A DNA stretch of 55,817 nucleotides, filler included, from Scyliorhinus canicula (GCF_902713615.1; 2 parts of 2 records of this genome joined end to end with filler, not necessarily neighbours in it); one strand, 5' to 3'; counted from the first letter of the whole stretch, positions 1 to 12,399 are shown. Translations and numbers: made by a program. The notes: generated from the sequence alone by a model not told the origin.

Positions 1-3000
1 GAGAGAAGCTGTGTGAGTGAGGGTGTATGAGTGAGGGTGTGTGAGAGAAGCTGTGTGAGTGAGTGTGTGTGGCGGAGGCTGTGTGAATGAGGATGTGTGA
101 GTGAGGCTGTGTGAGTGAGGGGGTGTGAGTGAGACTGTGTGAGTGAGGCTGTGTGAGTGAGGGTGTGTGAGTGAGGCTGTGTGAGTGAGGCTGTGTGAGT
201 GAGGGTGTGTGAGTGAGGGTGTGTGAGTGAGGCTGTGTGAGTGAGGGTGTGTGAGGGAGGCTGGGTGAGTGAGGGTGTGTGAGTGAGGGTGTGTGAGTGA
301 GGGTGTGTGAGTGAGGCTGTGTGAGTGAGGGTGTGTGAGTGAGGGTGTGTGAGTGAGGCTGAGTGAGGGTGTGTGAGTGAGGGTGTGTGAGTGAGGGTGT
401 GTGAGTGAGGCTGAGTGAGGGTGTGTGAGTGAGGGTGTGTGAGTGAGGGTGTGTGAGTGAGGGTGTGTGAGTGAGGCTGAGTGAGGGTTTGTGAGTGAGG
501 CTGTGTGAGTGAGGCTGTGTGAGTGAGGGTGTGTGTGAGGGTGTGTGAGTGAGGGTGTGTGAGTGAGGCTGAGTGAGGGTGTGTGAGTGAGGCTGTGTGA
601 GTGAGGGTGTGTGAGGGAGGCTGGGTGAGTGAGGGTGTGTGAGTGAGGGTGTGTGAGTGAGGGTGCGTGAGTGAGGCTGTGTGAGTGAGGGTGTGTGAGT
701 GAGGGTGTGTGAGTGAGGGTGTGTGAGTGAGGCTGAGTGAGGGTGTGTGAGTGAGGGTGTGTGAGTGAGGCTGAGTGAGGGTGTGTGAGTGAGGCTGTGT
801 GAGTGAGGCTGTGTGAGTGAGGGTGGGTGAGTGAGGTAGTGTGAGTGAGGCTGTGTGAGTGAGGGTGTGTGTGAGGGTGTGTGAGTGAGGGTGTGTGAGT
901 GAGGCTGAGTGAGGGTGTGTGAGTGAGGCTGTGTGAGTGAGGCTCTGTGAGTGAGGGTGTGTGAGTGAGGCTGTGTGAGTGAAGCTGTGTCTGTGAGTGA
1001 GGGTGTGTGAGAGAACATGTGTGAGTGAGGATGTGTGAGATTGTGAGTGAAGGCGCATGGGAAATAGTGGGTGAGAGACACCTTGTGAATGAGGGTGTGT
1101 GAGTGAGGCTGTGTGAGTGAGGGTGTGGGAGTTAGGGTGTGGGAGTGAGTGAGGGTGTGGGAGTGAGGATATGTGAGTGAGGGTGTGTGAGTGAGACTGT
1201 GTGAGTGAGACTGTATGAGTGAGGGTGTGTTAGTGAGGCTGTGTGTGTGAGGCTATGAGTGAGGGTCAGTGAATGCGAGAGGATGGGTGTGTGAGGCTGT
1301 GTGAGTGAGTGTATGTGAGTGAGGGTGTGTGAGTGAGGGTGTGTGAGTGAGGATGTGTGAGTCTGTGTGAGTGAGCTGTATGTGTGAGGCTGTGTGAGTG
1401 AGGCTGTGTGAGTGAGGCTGTGTGAGTGAGTGTATGTGAGTGAGGTTGTGTGAGTGAGGCTGTGTGAGTGAGGCTGTGTGAGTGAGGCTGTGTGAGTGAG
1501 GCTGTGTGAGTGAGGGTGTGTGAGTGAGGGTGTGTGAGTGATGCTGTGTGAGTGAGGGTGTGTGAGTGAGGCTGTGTGAGTGAGGGTGTGTGAGTGAGGC
1601 TGTGTGAGTGAGGGTGTGTGAGTGAGGCTGTGTGAGTTAGGCTGTGTGAGTGAGGGTGTGTGAGTGAGGATATGTGAGTGAGGGTGTGTGAGTGAGGCTG
1701 TGTGAGTGAGACTGTATGAGTGAGGGTGTGTTAGTGAGGTTGTGTGTGTGAGGCTGTGAGTGAGGGTCAGTGAATGCGAGAGGATGGGTGTGTGAGGGTG
1801 TGTGAGTGAGTGTATGTGAGTGAGGATGTGTGAGTGAGGCTGTGTGAGTAAGGCTGTATGTGTGAGGCTGTGAGTGAGGGTCAGTGAATGCGAGAGGATG
1901 GGTGTGTAATGATGGGTTTGATGTTGAGTGAGTGGGGCTGAGTTAGATTAATTTACTGAGGGTGGGTGCGTGAGTGAGAGGGAGAGATTGAGTGAGTGAG
2001 CTGAATGATTGAGGGCGTCAGTGAGGTTGAGTGAATGAGAATGGGAGAGGGAGAGTGGATGAGTGAGTATGTTAGTGAGGGTGGGTGTCTGAGTGAGTGT
2101 AAGTTACTGAATGAAGGTGAGTAAGGGTGGGTGTGTGAGTGAATGAGGGTGAGGCAGTTAGGGCAGTGTGAGTGAGGGCTAGTGAGCATGGGTGAGCGAG
2201 GGTAAATGAATGAGGGTGAGTGCGTGAGGGTGTGTGACTGAGCATGAGTAAGTGAGGATTGTTGAGTGAGTGCGGATGAATGAGGCTGAGAGATGAGGTT
2301 AGTGTGAAGGTGTGTGACTGTGGGTGAATGAGTGAGGGTGACTGGGTGAGCTTCCGTGACTGAAGGTTAGTGAGGATGCGTGAGGGTGGGTGTGTGAATG
2401 AGGCTGTGTGAGTGAGGGTGTGTGAGTGAGGCTGTGTGAGGAAGGTGTATGAGTGAGGGTGTGCGAGTGAGGGGGTGTGAGTGAGGCTGTGTGAGTGAGG
2501 GTGTGGGAGTTCGGGTGTGGGAGTGAGGGTGTGGGGGTGAGTGAGGGTGTGGGAGTGAGGGTGGGTGAGTGAGGCTGTGTGAGTGAGGGTGTGTGAGTGA
2601 GACTGTGTGAGTGAGGCTGTATGAGTGAGGCTGTGTGAGTGAGGGTGTGTGAGTGAGGGTGTGTGAGTGAGGGTGTGTGTGAGGGTGTGTGAGTGAGGGT
2701 GTGTGAGTGAGCGTGTGTGAGTGAGGGTGTGTGAGTAAGACTGTGTGAGTGAGGCTGTATGAGTGAGTCTGTGTGAGTGAGGCTGTGTGAGTGAGGGTGT
2801 GTGAGTGAGGCTTTGTGAGTGAGGCTGTGGGAGTGAGGCTGTATGAGTGAGGCTGTGTGAGTGAGGCTGTGTGAGTGAGGCTGTGTGAGTGAGGGTGTGT
2901 GAGTGAGGGTGTGTGAGTGAGGCTGTGTGAGTGAGGCTGTGTGAGTGAGGCTGTGTGAGTGAGGCTGTGTGAGTGAGGGTGTGTGAGTGAGGCTGTGTGA

Positions 3001-3947
3001 GTGAGACTGTATGAGTGAGGGTGTGTTAGTGAGGTTGTGTGTGTGAGGCTGTGAGTGAGGGTCAGTGAATGCGAGAGGATGGGTGTGTGAGGGTGTGTGA
3101 GTGAGTGTATGTGAGTGAGGATGTGTGAGTGAGGCTGTGTGAGTGAGACTGTATGTGTGAGGCTGTGAGTGAGGGTCAGTGAATGCGAGAGGATGGGTGT
3201 GTAATGATGGGTATGATGTTGAGTAAGTGGGGCTGAGTTAGATTAATTTACTGAGGGTGGGTGCGTGAGTGAGAGTGAGGGAGAGATTGAGTGAGTGAGC
3301 TGAGTGATTGAGGGCGTCAGTGAGGTTGAGTGAATGAGAATGGGAGAGGGAGAGTAGATGAGTGAGTGTGTTAGTGAGGGTGGGTGTCTGAGTGAGTGTA
3401 AGTTACTGAATGAAGGTGAGTAAGGGTGGGTGTGTGAGTGAATGAGGGTGAGGAAGTTAGGGCAGTGTGAGTGAGGGCTAGTGAGCATGGGTGAGCGAGG
3501 GTAAATGAATGAGGGTGAGTGTGTGAGGGTGTGTGACTGAGCGTGAGTAAGTGAGGATGGGTGATTGAGTGCGGATGAATGAGGCTGAGAGATGAGGTTA
3601 GTGTGAAGGTGTGTGACTGTGGGTGAATGAGTGAGGGTGACTGGGTGAGCTTCCGTGACTGAAGGTTAGTGAGGATGCGTGAGGGTGGGTGTGTGAGGCT
3701 GATTAAGTGAGGGAGGGTGAGTTAATCAGTGTGGGTGAGTGAGGGGGAGTGAGGGTGTGTGAATGAGTGCGGGTGAATGAGAGTGAGTGATTTAAATTGG
3801 GCTAGCAAGTGTGAGTCAATGAGTGTGAGTGATGGTGAGTGAGGGTGTTATAGTGAGTGAGTGTTAGTGAGTGAGGGTGTGTGAATGAGGATTATGTGAG
3901 TGTCTGATGGTGAGTGAGATTGTTTGAGTGAGTGAGGGTGTGAGTGG
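1..3947. repeat. G/T-rich minisatellite/low-complexity array, ~14-bp unit GTGTGAGTGAGG(GT/CT), with an internal ~1.3 kb duplication
   Basis: Unit repeated throughout. The non-array block at ~1860-2420 recurs at ~3150-3700 (e.g. ggggctgagttagattaatttactgagggtgggtgcg), and ORFs 1953-2189 and 3243-3488 are near-identical. Confidence 0.95.
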
Positions 3948-4224
3948 NNNNNNNNNNNNNNNNNNNNNNNNNNNNNNNNNNNNNNNNNNNNNNNNNNNNN
4001 NNNNNNNNNNNNNNNNNNNNNNNNNNNNNNNNNNNNNNNNNNNNNNNNNNNNNNNNNNNNNNNNNNNNNNNNNNNNNNNNNNNNNNNNNNNNNNNNNNNN
4101 NNNNNNNNNNNNNNNNNNNNNNNNNNNNNNNNNNNNNNNNNNNNNNNNNNNNNNNNNNNNNNNNNNNNNNNNNNNNNNNNNNNNNNNNNNNNNNNNNNNN
4201 NNNNNNNNNNNNNNNNNNNNNNNN
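3948..4224. other. Assembly gap (N run)
   Basis: 277 N. Confidence 1.
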
Positions 4225-5246
4225 CTCAGGGATCCGTGTTGGGCCCACAATTGTTCACAATTTACATAGATGATTTGGAGTTGTGGACCAAGGGCAATGT
4301 GCCCAAGTTTGCAGATGACACTAAGATGAATGGTAAAGCGAAAAGTGCAGAGGGTACTGGAAGTCTGCAGAGGGATTTGGATAGGTTAAGTGAATGGGCT
4401 AGGGTCTGGCAGATGGAATACAATGTTGACAAATGTGAGGTTATCCATTTTGGTAGGAATAACAGCAAACGGGATTATTATTTAAACAATAAAATATTAA
4501 AGCATGCTGCTGTGCAGAGATACCTGGGTGTGCTAGTGCATGAGTCACAGAAAGTTGGTTTACAGGTGCAACAGGTGATTAAGAAGGCAAATGGAATGTT
4601 GTCCTTCATTGCTAGAGGGATGGAGCTTAAGACTAGTGAGGCTATGCTGCAATTGTATAGGGTGTTTGTGAGGCCACACCTGGAGTATTGTGTTCAGTTT
4701 TGGTCTCCTTACTTGAGAAAGGACGTACTGGCACTGGAGGGTGTACAGAGGAGATTCACGAGGTTAATCCCAGAGCTGAAGGGGTTGGATTATGAGGAGA
4801 GGTTGAGTAGACTGGGACGTACTCATTGGAATTTTGAAGGATAAGGGGGATCTTATCGAAACATTTAAAATTATGAAGGGAATAGATAGGATAGATGCGG
4901 GCAGGTTGTTTCCACTGGCGGGTGAAAGCTGAACTAGGGGGCATAGCCTCAAAATAAGGGGAAGTAGATTTAGGACTGAGTTTAGGAGGAACTTCTTTAC
5001 CCAAAGGGTTGTGAATCTATGGAATTCCTTGCCCAGTGAAGCAGTTGAGGCTCCTTCATTAAATGTTGTTAAGGTAAATATAGATAGTTTTTTGAAGAAA
5101 AAAGGGATTAAGGGTTATGGTGTTCGGGCCGGAAAGTGGAGCTGAGTCCACAAAAGATCAGCCATGATCTCATTGAATGGCGGAGTAGGCTAGAGGGGCC
5201 AGATGGCCTAATCCTGCTCCTAGTTCTTATGTTCTTATGTTCTTAT
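4225..5246 (+). mobile_element. CR1-clade LINE 3' fragment (RT C-terminal part and 3' tail)
   Basis: ORF 4236-4844 contains PQLFTIYIDDL...KFADDTK...RPHLEYCVQFWSPYLRKD, and the copy ends in the (TTCTTATG)n tail at ~5222-5246. Confidence 0.95.
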
Positions 5247-5860
5247 GAGGGCAGATGACTGAGGGTGGGTGAGTGAGGGTGTGAGAGTGAGAGTGTGTGA
5301 GTGAGTGTGTGAGTGAGTGTGTGAGTGACGGTTGGTGAGTGAGGGTGTGAGAGGGTGTATGAGTGAGGGTGTGTGAGTGAGGGTGGGTGAGTGAGGGTGT
5401 GTGAGTGAGGCTGTGAGAGTGAGGCCGTGAGAGTGAGGGTGGGTGAGTGAGGGCGTGTGAGTGAGGGTGGATGGTGAGGGTATGTGAATGAGTGAGGGTG
5501 TGTGAGAGTGTGTGAGTGAGGGTGGGTGAGTGATGCTGTGTGAGTGAGGATGTGTGAGTGAGGGTGGGTGAGTGAGTGAGGGTGGGCAAAGGGAGAGTAG
5601 GTGAGTAACGGAGATTCAGGGAGGGTGGTGAGTACATGTGAGTGAGTGTGTGTGAGTGAGGGTGTGTGAGTGAGGATGTGCGTGAGTGAGTGCGTGTGTG
5701 TGAGTGAGGATGTGTGAGTGAGGATGTGTGAGTGAGGATGTGTGAGTGAGGGAGTGTGAGTGAGGCAGTGTGCATACGTGTGTGAGGGTGAGTGTGTGTG
5801 AGTGTGAGGAAGGGTGGGTGTGTGAGTGAGGGTGGATGAGTCAGTGAGTGTGTGTGAGTG
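5247..5860. repeat. GTGAGTGAGG-type low-complexity array (same type as 1-3947)
   Basis: Direct reading of the repeat. Confidence 0.9.
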
Positions 5861-6189
5861 AAGGAACAATGTGGTATTTTGAGGTCACGATAGTGAGAGG
5901 CTTGATGGAGAAATTCCAGCTGGTGATGTTCCCATGTGTCTGCTGTCCTTGTCCACATGGTAGCTGTTGTGGGTTTTGAAGGTGCTGCCTAAGGAGCTAT
6001 GACGAGTTCCTGCAGAGCATGTTGTACGTGTTACACACTGCTGCCAGTGTTCCTCAGTAGTGGAGGAAGAGAGTGGTTGTCGATGGTGTGCCAATTAAGC
6101 GGGCTACTTTTGTGTCATTGGATCTGCATTCATTCAGGCAAGTGGGGAGCATTCCATCACACTCTTGAACCGTGCCTTGCAGATGGTGG

Positions 6190-6323
6190 CCATGATATGG
6201 AGATACCGGTGTTGGACTGTGGTGAGCACAGTAAGAAGTCTTACTCAGGTGACTTACCTGATGAAGGAGTTGCGCTCCGAAAGCTAGGGATTCCAAACAA
6301 ACCTGTTGGACTTTAACCTGGTG
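6190..6323. mobile_element. 134-bp Penelope-like insertion (two oppositely oriented pieces) with 13-bp TSD
   Basis: TTGCAGATGGTGG duplicated at 6177-6189 and 6324-6336, interrupting the host LINE. Contains ...GGAG-TTGCG-CTCCGAAAGCTAG...AAACAAACCTGTTGGACTTTAACCTGGTG, which resembles shark Penelope-like terminal repeats (family assignment from recall, not a search). Confidence 0.7.
6254..6291 (+). ncRNA. Minimal type I hammerhead ribozyme motif (degenerate stem I)
   Basis: CTGATGA 6258-6264, A, stem II GGAG/CTCC (6266-6269/6275-6278), GAAA 6279-6282, palindromic AGCT, predicted cleavage after CTA (6286). Confidence 0.65.
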
Positions 6324-6949
6324 TTGCAGATGGTGGACAGGCTTGGGGCGTCAGGAGGTGTTTTTGTTGCAGAATTCCGAGTCTCTGATCTGTTGTCACA
6401 GCCACACAGTGTATATGGCGAGTCCAGTTCAGTTTCTGGTCAATGGTCAGCAGGAGATTCAGCGATGGTAATTCCATTGAATGGCATAAGGTGATCGTTC
6501 GATCTTCGCTTGTTTGAGATGTCCATTGCGTGCACTTGTCTGGTGCGAATGTTACTTTCCCCTTGTCAGCCCAAGCCTGTAGATAGTCCAGATCTTGCTG
6601 CATTTAGCAATCGACTGCTTCAGGGATTGCGGAGTTGTGAATTGTGCTGAACAATTTGCAATGATCAGCCAAAATCCCCACTTCTGACTTTTGGAAGGTT
6701 ATTGCTGAAGCAGCTAAAGATAGTGGGGCCGACGCTGAGGAACCCCTGCAGTGATGTCCTGGAACTGAGATGATCGACCTCCAAAAGCCGAAATCATCTC
6801 CCTTTCCACGAGGAAAGCCACCAACCAGCTGGGAATCCCCCCCCCCCCCCCCCACCCCACGATTGCCATAACCTTCAGTTTTGTTCGGGGTCCTTGATGC
6901 GACATTGGTTCAATTGTTGCCTTGATGTCACGAACAGTCACTCCCAGCT

Positions 6950-8640
6950 GTCTGTGTGTTCTTGCGTTTGTGTGTCCCTGTGTGCGGGTTCCTAGGTGCT
7001 CATGTGTGTGTGTGTGTGTGAGCGTGTGTCTGTTCCTGTGTGTGTGTGTATCCCTCTGTATCCCTGTGTACGTATTCCTCGGTTTTCATGTGTGTCTGTG
7101 AGCGTGTGTGTCTGTTCCTGTTTGTGTGTTGCTGTGTGTGTGATGAGTGTATGTGTGCTCCTGAGTGTGTGTGTGTGTGTTTCCTTGCGTGTGTGTGTTG
7201 CTGTGTTGCGCGTCTGAGTGTAAGTGTGTGTGAACATATGTGTGTGTCCCTGTGTGTCCCTATGTGTGTGTGTGAGTGAGAGAGAGACAGAGTACGTGTA
7301 TGTATGTGAGATAGGTGTGAGAGGGAGAATAAAATAATTTGCAAGGGAGAGTTTCTGTGTGAGTGTGTGAGGGGATGTGTGTGTGAAATTTTGAGTGTGA
7401 GTGAGAGAGGCAACGTGTGTGAGAGTGTGTGGAAATGGCAGATTGTGTGCGTGAGTTCGGGATAGCGTGTGTATGATTGAGTGTGTGAGATTAGAGAGCA
7501 TGTGGGTGTGTACCTAAACAATGAGAGAGACCACGTGTGTCAGAGAGAGACAGAATGTGGGGGCGCGTTTGTGTGTGATAGAGTATGCCAAAGAACATGT
7601 GTGTGTTTGAGTGAGAGAATGTGTGTGCTTGCGAAATGCTATTTGTGTGCGAGTGTTTGTGTCTGTGTGAGGGAGAGACGGTGTGTCAGAGAAGGACAGA
7701 TTGTGCGGACGAGTTTGTGTGTTTATGAGAGAACGTGTGAGAGTGTGCCAAAGAACATGTGTGTGTTTGAGTGAAAGAAAGTGTGTTTACGAGATATGTA
7801 TGTACCAGTGTTTCTGTGTGAGAGAAATAAGTGCTTGTGTGAGTATGTGTGTCTTTGTGTATGAGAGAGCAGGTGAGAGAATGTATGTGTGTGACAGGGT
7901 GCGTGTGTGTGTCTGTGGAAGTGTGTGAGAGAAAGGAGAGAGATAGTGTGTGTGAAAGAAGGAATGATTCTGTTTGAAGAGCGATTATGGATGCGTGACT
8001 GTGTATGGGAGAGAGAGATCTGTGTGTCTGAGATAGTGTGTCTGTGATCGAGAGGGAGTGTGTGAGAGAAATAATGTGCGTATGAGAGAGTGTGTGTCAG
8101 AGAGAGAGAGAATGTGAGAGAGAGAGAGTGTTAGATACTTCATGCCTGAAAGAGATAGATTGTGTGTCAGAGAGAGAATGAGACAGTGTCCATGAGAGAG
8201 AGAGAGAGGGCATGTGCCAGGGTGCACGCGTGAGAGTGCGTGAGAGCGAGAGAGTAATAATGTATTACCGAGTTTGTGTGCGTCTGAGATATTGTGTATG
8301 TGTGTATGAGAGGGAATGTGTATGAGAGAGAGCCTGAAAGAAAAATACTACGTTTGAAGAGCGATTATGCATGAATGTGAGGGAGAGGGAGGGTCTCTGT
8401 GTCTGAGTGTGTGTGTGAGAGAGGCAAGGTGTATCAGTGAGAGTGTGTGAGCGAATGTGTGTGCGAGAGGGAGATCGTCACAGTGTGTCTGAGAGTGAGA
8501 TCGTGAGTGTGTGATTGTGTGTGAGGCACAGTGTGTATGTTTGAAAGAAGTATTATGATTATGTGTGTGAGAGAATTAGTTTGTGTGAGGATGAGAGAGA
8601 ATGTGTGTGTGAGAGAGTGAGAGTGTGTATGTGTTTGTGA
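6950..8640. repeat. (TG)n/(GA)n-rich low-complexity region
   Basis: Direct reading; includes short internal duplications such as ccaaagaacatgtgtgtgtttgagtga at ~7588 and ~7748. Confidence 0.9.
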
Positions 8641-8880
8641 TGATGTATGGGTGCACCAAAACCTGCAAGTTCCCTTCCAAGACACTCACCATCCTGATTT
8701 GGGAACACACCGCCAATCCTTCACTGTCGCCGAGTCACAATTCTGGACCTCCCTCCCTAGCAATATTGCAGATATACCTCCACCACATGGACTGCAGCTA
8801 TTCAAGGATGCTTCGCATCAAAACTTTCCCAGGGGACACTTAGGCATATATAATAAAACCTGGGCTTGCCAGCGCCTCCA
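8640..8880 (+). mobile_element. 3' fragment of CR1/L2-like LINE
   Basis: gcaagttcccttccaagacactcaccatcctgatttgg...ggactgcagctattcaagg resembles the tails at ~17880-18060, ~23590-23790 and ~54790-54950. Confidence 0.7.
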
Positions 8881-10939
8881 GAATCCTAGGATAGGATTAA
8901 TAATAAAATGCAAACGGATTTCTCCGCTGCACTGACCCATTAAATAGACCAAGGACTGCCATAGGACGGAATGTAACCCAGTAAATCGCTCTCTGCATTG
9001 CCGAATCGAAAATTACCAAGACCAATATATCACTGCTTAAAAATCAACCAAATCTCCTTCTACAGCCTGTCTGGCGTTGCTGAATTCTTTCTGACTGTCA
9101 CAATCTGGGTTTGGAATCCCCTTTCTGAGTCGCCTAGTCAAACATCAAGTACAATTTCCACATTCCACACATATACAAGTTCTATTGAAGGACATGATCA
9201 AATTGCACTCCCTGAAATATTGGAAATGAAGGAGAAGATTTCCAACCAGTCAGGAAGATTCCTGGTCCCAGCACAGTGACCGCGCGCACAGAAACTGAAC
9301 AGACACAAATGACAACAATCGAGTTCCAGCAGATAGATCTGTTCAATCTGTCAATTTCATGAAACTGTTTGATTCTAATTTATCAATGGTCAACTTCCGA
9401 CAACAATAATTCAGTGACTTATTTGAAATTAAACTGACATTAATTTCAAAACTGCATTCGGTTTTTAACTATTTCTCTCTGTCTGTCTCAAACTCGATAA
9501 TTGGGCAAAAGTAGTTTTGCTGAAAATGAGCAGATTAAATATTACAGATTCAGGCTAGATTAATGACGGAACAGAGACTCAGTGACAGGGTAATAATTAA
9601 ACAAACCAGGAAATATTCACATTACCCACTGATATGATCTAAAAACACAATTAAATGTAATCAGAAAAATAATCAGGGCAAAAGAATGTAATCAGTAAAA
9701 TAATTGAGCTGCACGCAGCAGTATAATGAAATGTATGGGTTCATCAATTAATTTCAGATATTATTAAAATTCTCTAAAACATTTGAGATATTGCACGCCA
9801 GGATACAACTCAATTGTAGGAGATCATTTATGTTGAATTAATTCTCACTGATATTGTACTGTAAGTTATTGTTAATTGTCAGCTAATTCTTTATTCGATT
9901 ATCTGTACTATAATAATAAATATAATAAAAATAGCATTCAATAATCCCCAAATTGTTTTACCCAGAGCGTTATGAAATAATTGGGGTTTAATTAAAACAA
10001 CCTGACAATCAAACAATGTTGAACAGTAAACTCCAAATTACTCGATGGAAACATCTTAACATTTAATTGACTATATTCACATTTTCTTTAACTCCAATTG
10101 CTCTATTCGACCTACAAATGTGTAAAATATGCGCCTTTCTGAACACATTGACTAAATCACAAACTCCATCTATTCTCAGAAAGTAATGAATATAACGAGA
10201 ACAGCTCAGTATGTTTTATTCAATCATTTGCAAAACTCCCCATTATGAGCAAGTGGAGTCGACAATTTGTTGTTGAATTTAGCATTTAATAAAATTTAAG
10301 CCTAAGCTAAGATATAATCATTCTTCCTTTCCATCTATCTGTTCTTCCTATAATTCTATCGTGTGTAGAGCACAGCTATGGGATACAGGATGTCATTATC
10401 AAATGCAAAGCTACTTTTAACCTTTTGTAAATAAATAAACCGGTTTGACATTCAAGCTTTTACTTTTCAATCTCTTGCCATAGGCAATCTGAACTTTCCT
10501 ACAATACAAATAAATCATGGGAACAATTCCTTGATTGGCAGCGACTTCCACATCTCAGAAACCTATTTAAGGATTAGATTAATGATAATTACCTCGCTAT
10601 CCCAACTACGCATTACAGTGAAGGTTATAATATGGTTGCAGCGCACAGAATAATAGAATAACTGGAATTACAAAGTATTTCCAGCCTAGAAACCTGTCCG
10701 GTCAAGTGCAACCTCGTGCGGAACACAGCAGGATTGTGAAAGGTGATTAATGATGAATTATATTAATATATAATAACCTTTGGTTAATATGGAGTTGTAT
10801 AACCGCAATTGGAATTGTTTGAATTATATAAATGTTACTATGTTCTGCATGGTCGTTTCAGTCACTATTTCGTTTAATCTGGAAGCATCAGTTAAAATTA
10901 CAAAATGCATCAATATATCTTATTCGATTATTTTCTTAA

Positions 10940-12290
10940 GCCTGGCTGTTTTCACCCGACAATCGCCCTTCAAAGCATTTCAAACGCGGAGACTGTTTGC
11001 ATTCAACCAGAAAACGTGTAACCGCTCAGTGTCACCGAGTTAAAAACAATGCAGAAACGCTGAAACCGTTTGATAGATCTGAATCATTTAAGGTCACCCA
11101 GATACACAATCTCCTCAGCAGAACAAAACACTAAATCACATCAATGAAACTCGTTTATGGAGAAGCAACTCAACTCTACATCGAACAGGATCAAACTTAA
11201 CCATTGCAAGAAAATATCAATATCCAGCAAACCAGCTCATCGCCAAATGTATGAATTATTTAACTAAACAGAAATCTGGAATAACAGATTATTCCAGATT
11301 TCTAGCATTGCGAGGAGCTGGAATATTAACAACAAATAAATATTGAAACTTTACCACATTTTTTCATATTGAGTCAATTTTCAAACACATTTAAATGCTT
11401 TTAATGTTTGCAGTTGATGGTAAAAGCTGCAACCATCAGATGCCACCGAGATTAAACTTTGCACAAACGGCAAACTGATTGCAGCAACACTTGTGCTCGG
11501 AAAGGATTGTCGGTAAAACGTGGCTTAGTTTAATCTGCAATTTTCACTTTTTTCACGATGCACTAACAGCCTTCCCTGTTCTCTGCCGATAATCCTGCGA
11601 CAAGCATTTCAAACACGCAGACTCTTGCATTCAATCACAAACCGTGTAACCGCTCAGTGTCACCGAGTTGAAACAATACAGACACGCCAAACCGTTTCAC
11701 AAACTTCCTACACAAAGTCACCCAAAAACATTCCTCAGCAGGAAAACACCAAATCACATCAGCTGAAGGAATGAAACATCATGGAGAAGCAGCTCAATTC
11801 TACAAACCTTCCAAAAGAATCAAATGTAACATTGCAAGAACATCTCAATTTAGAATGCACCAAACCCTCATGTCATCAAATGAATGAACAGGTAAACTAA
11901 ACAGAAAACTTGAATAATACCATCAGCACTTTCAGTAAGCAGAACATGTTCAATAAGATAATACAGAAACTTTAGCACATTTAGTCAATAGTTGGGATCG
12001 ATCTCAAACCTTGTGCGGAAGACGGTACAAGCTGCAGACATTAGATAGAACCGAGATTAAACATCGTAAAAACAGCCGTTTTGTATTTAAAGTAACCCAG
12101 CCACACAGTATCCTCAGCAAATAAACATCAAATCACAGCAAACAGGGACTGAATCCCTCAGCAGCATCTTTCTGTCAAGAAACCGCGGGATTCTGTATTC
12201 CCCTTTCAGCAGAATCAAATGAAACATTGCAACAACATCTCAATACATGATCCACCAAAACACATTTCAGTGAACGAATGGATTTTGAAA
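10940..12290. repeat. Three diverged tandem copies of a non-coding block at the start of the JH-C intron (A ~10940-11460, B ~11570-12065, partial C ~12085-12290)
   Basis: 27-bp identical core cgtgtaaccgctcagtgtcaccgagtt at 11015-11041 and 11643-11669. Shared motifs cctcagca..aaatcaca, catt-gcaa..atctcaat and ccgagattaaac. Confidence 0.85.
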
Positions 12291-12351
12291 ATGCAGAAAA
12301 ATTTAAAACAAATACAGTAACACAGTTGGTAAATATTGGAATGGTTCTTAC

Positions 12352-12399
12352 CTGCAGTCACCGTCACCATGGTCCCTTGTCCCCAGTAGTCTAGATAGT
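12352..12399 (-). CDS. IGHJ: IgH joining segment JH (YLDYWGQGTMVTVTA)
   Basis: WGQG motif; splice donor G|GTAAG at 12352/12351. Confidence 0.98.

Larger units (their letters stand above)
5885..6950 (-). mobile_element. CR1/L2-superfamily LINE fragment (abundant shark family), decayed RT
   Basis: Minus-strand peptides QQDLDYLQAWADK..VTFAPDKC, IDQKLNWTRHI, VPQ, ADHCKLFSTI, ARLIGTPST, spread over several frames. Confidence 0.85.

Noticed and set aside
1953-8685. Long His/Thr/Ser- or Val/Cys-rich ORFs in the track
   Set aside because: They are translations of GT/CA-rich simple repeats with no domain signature.
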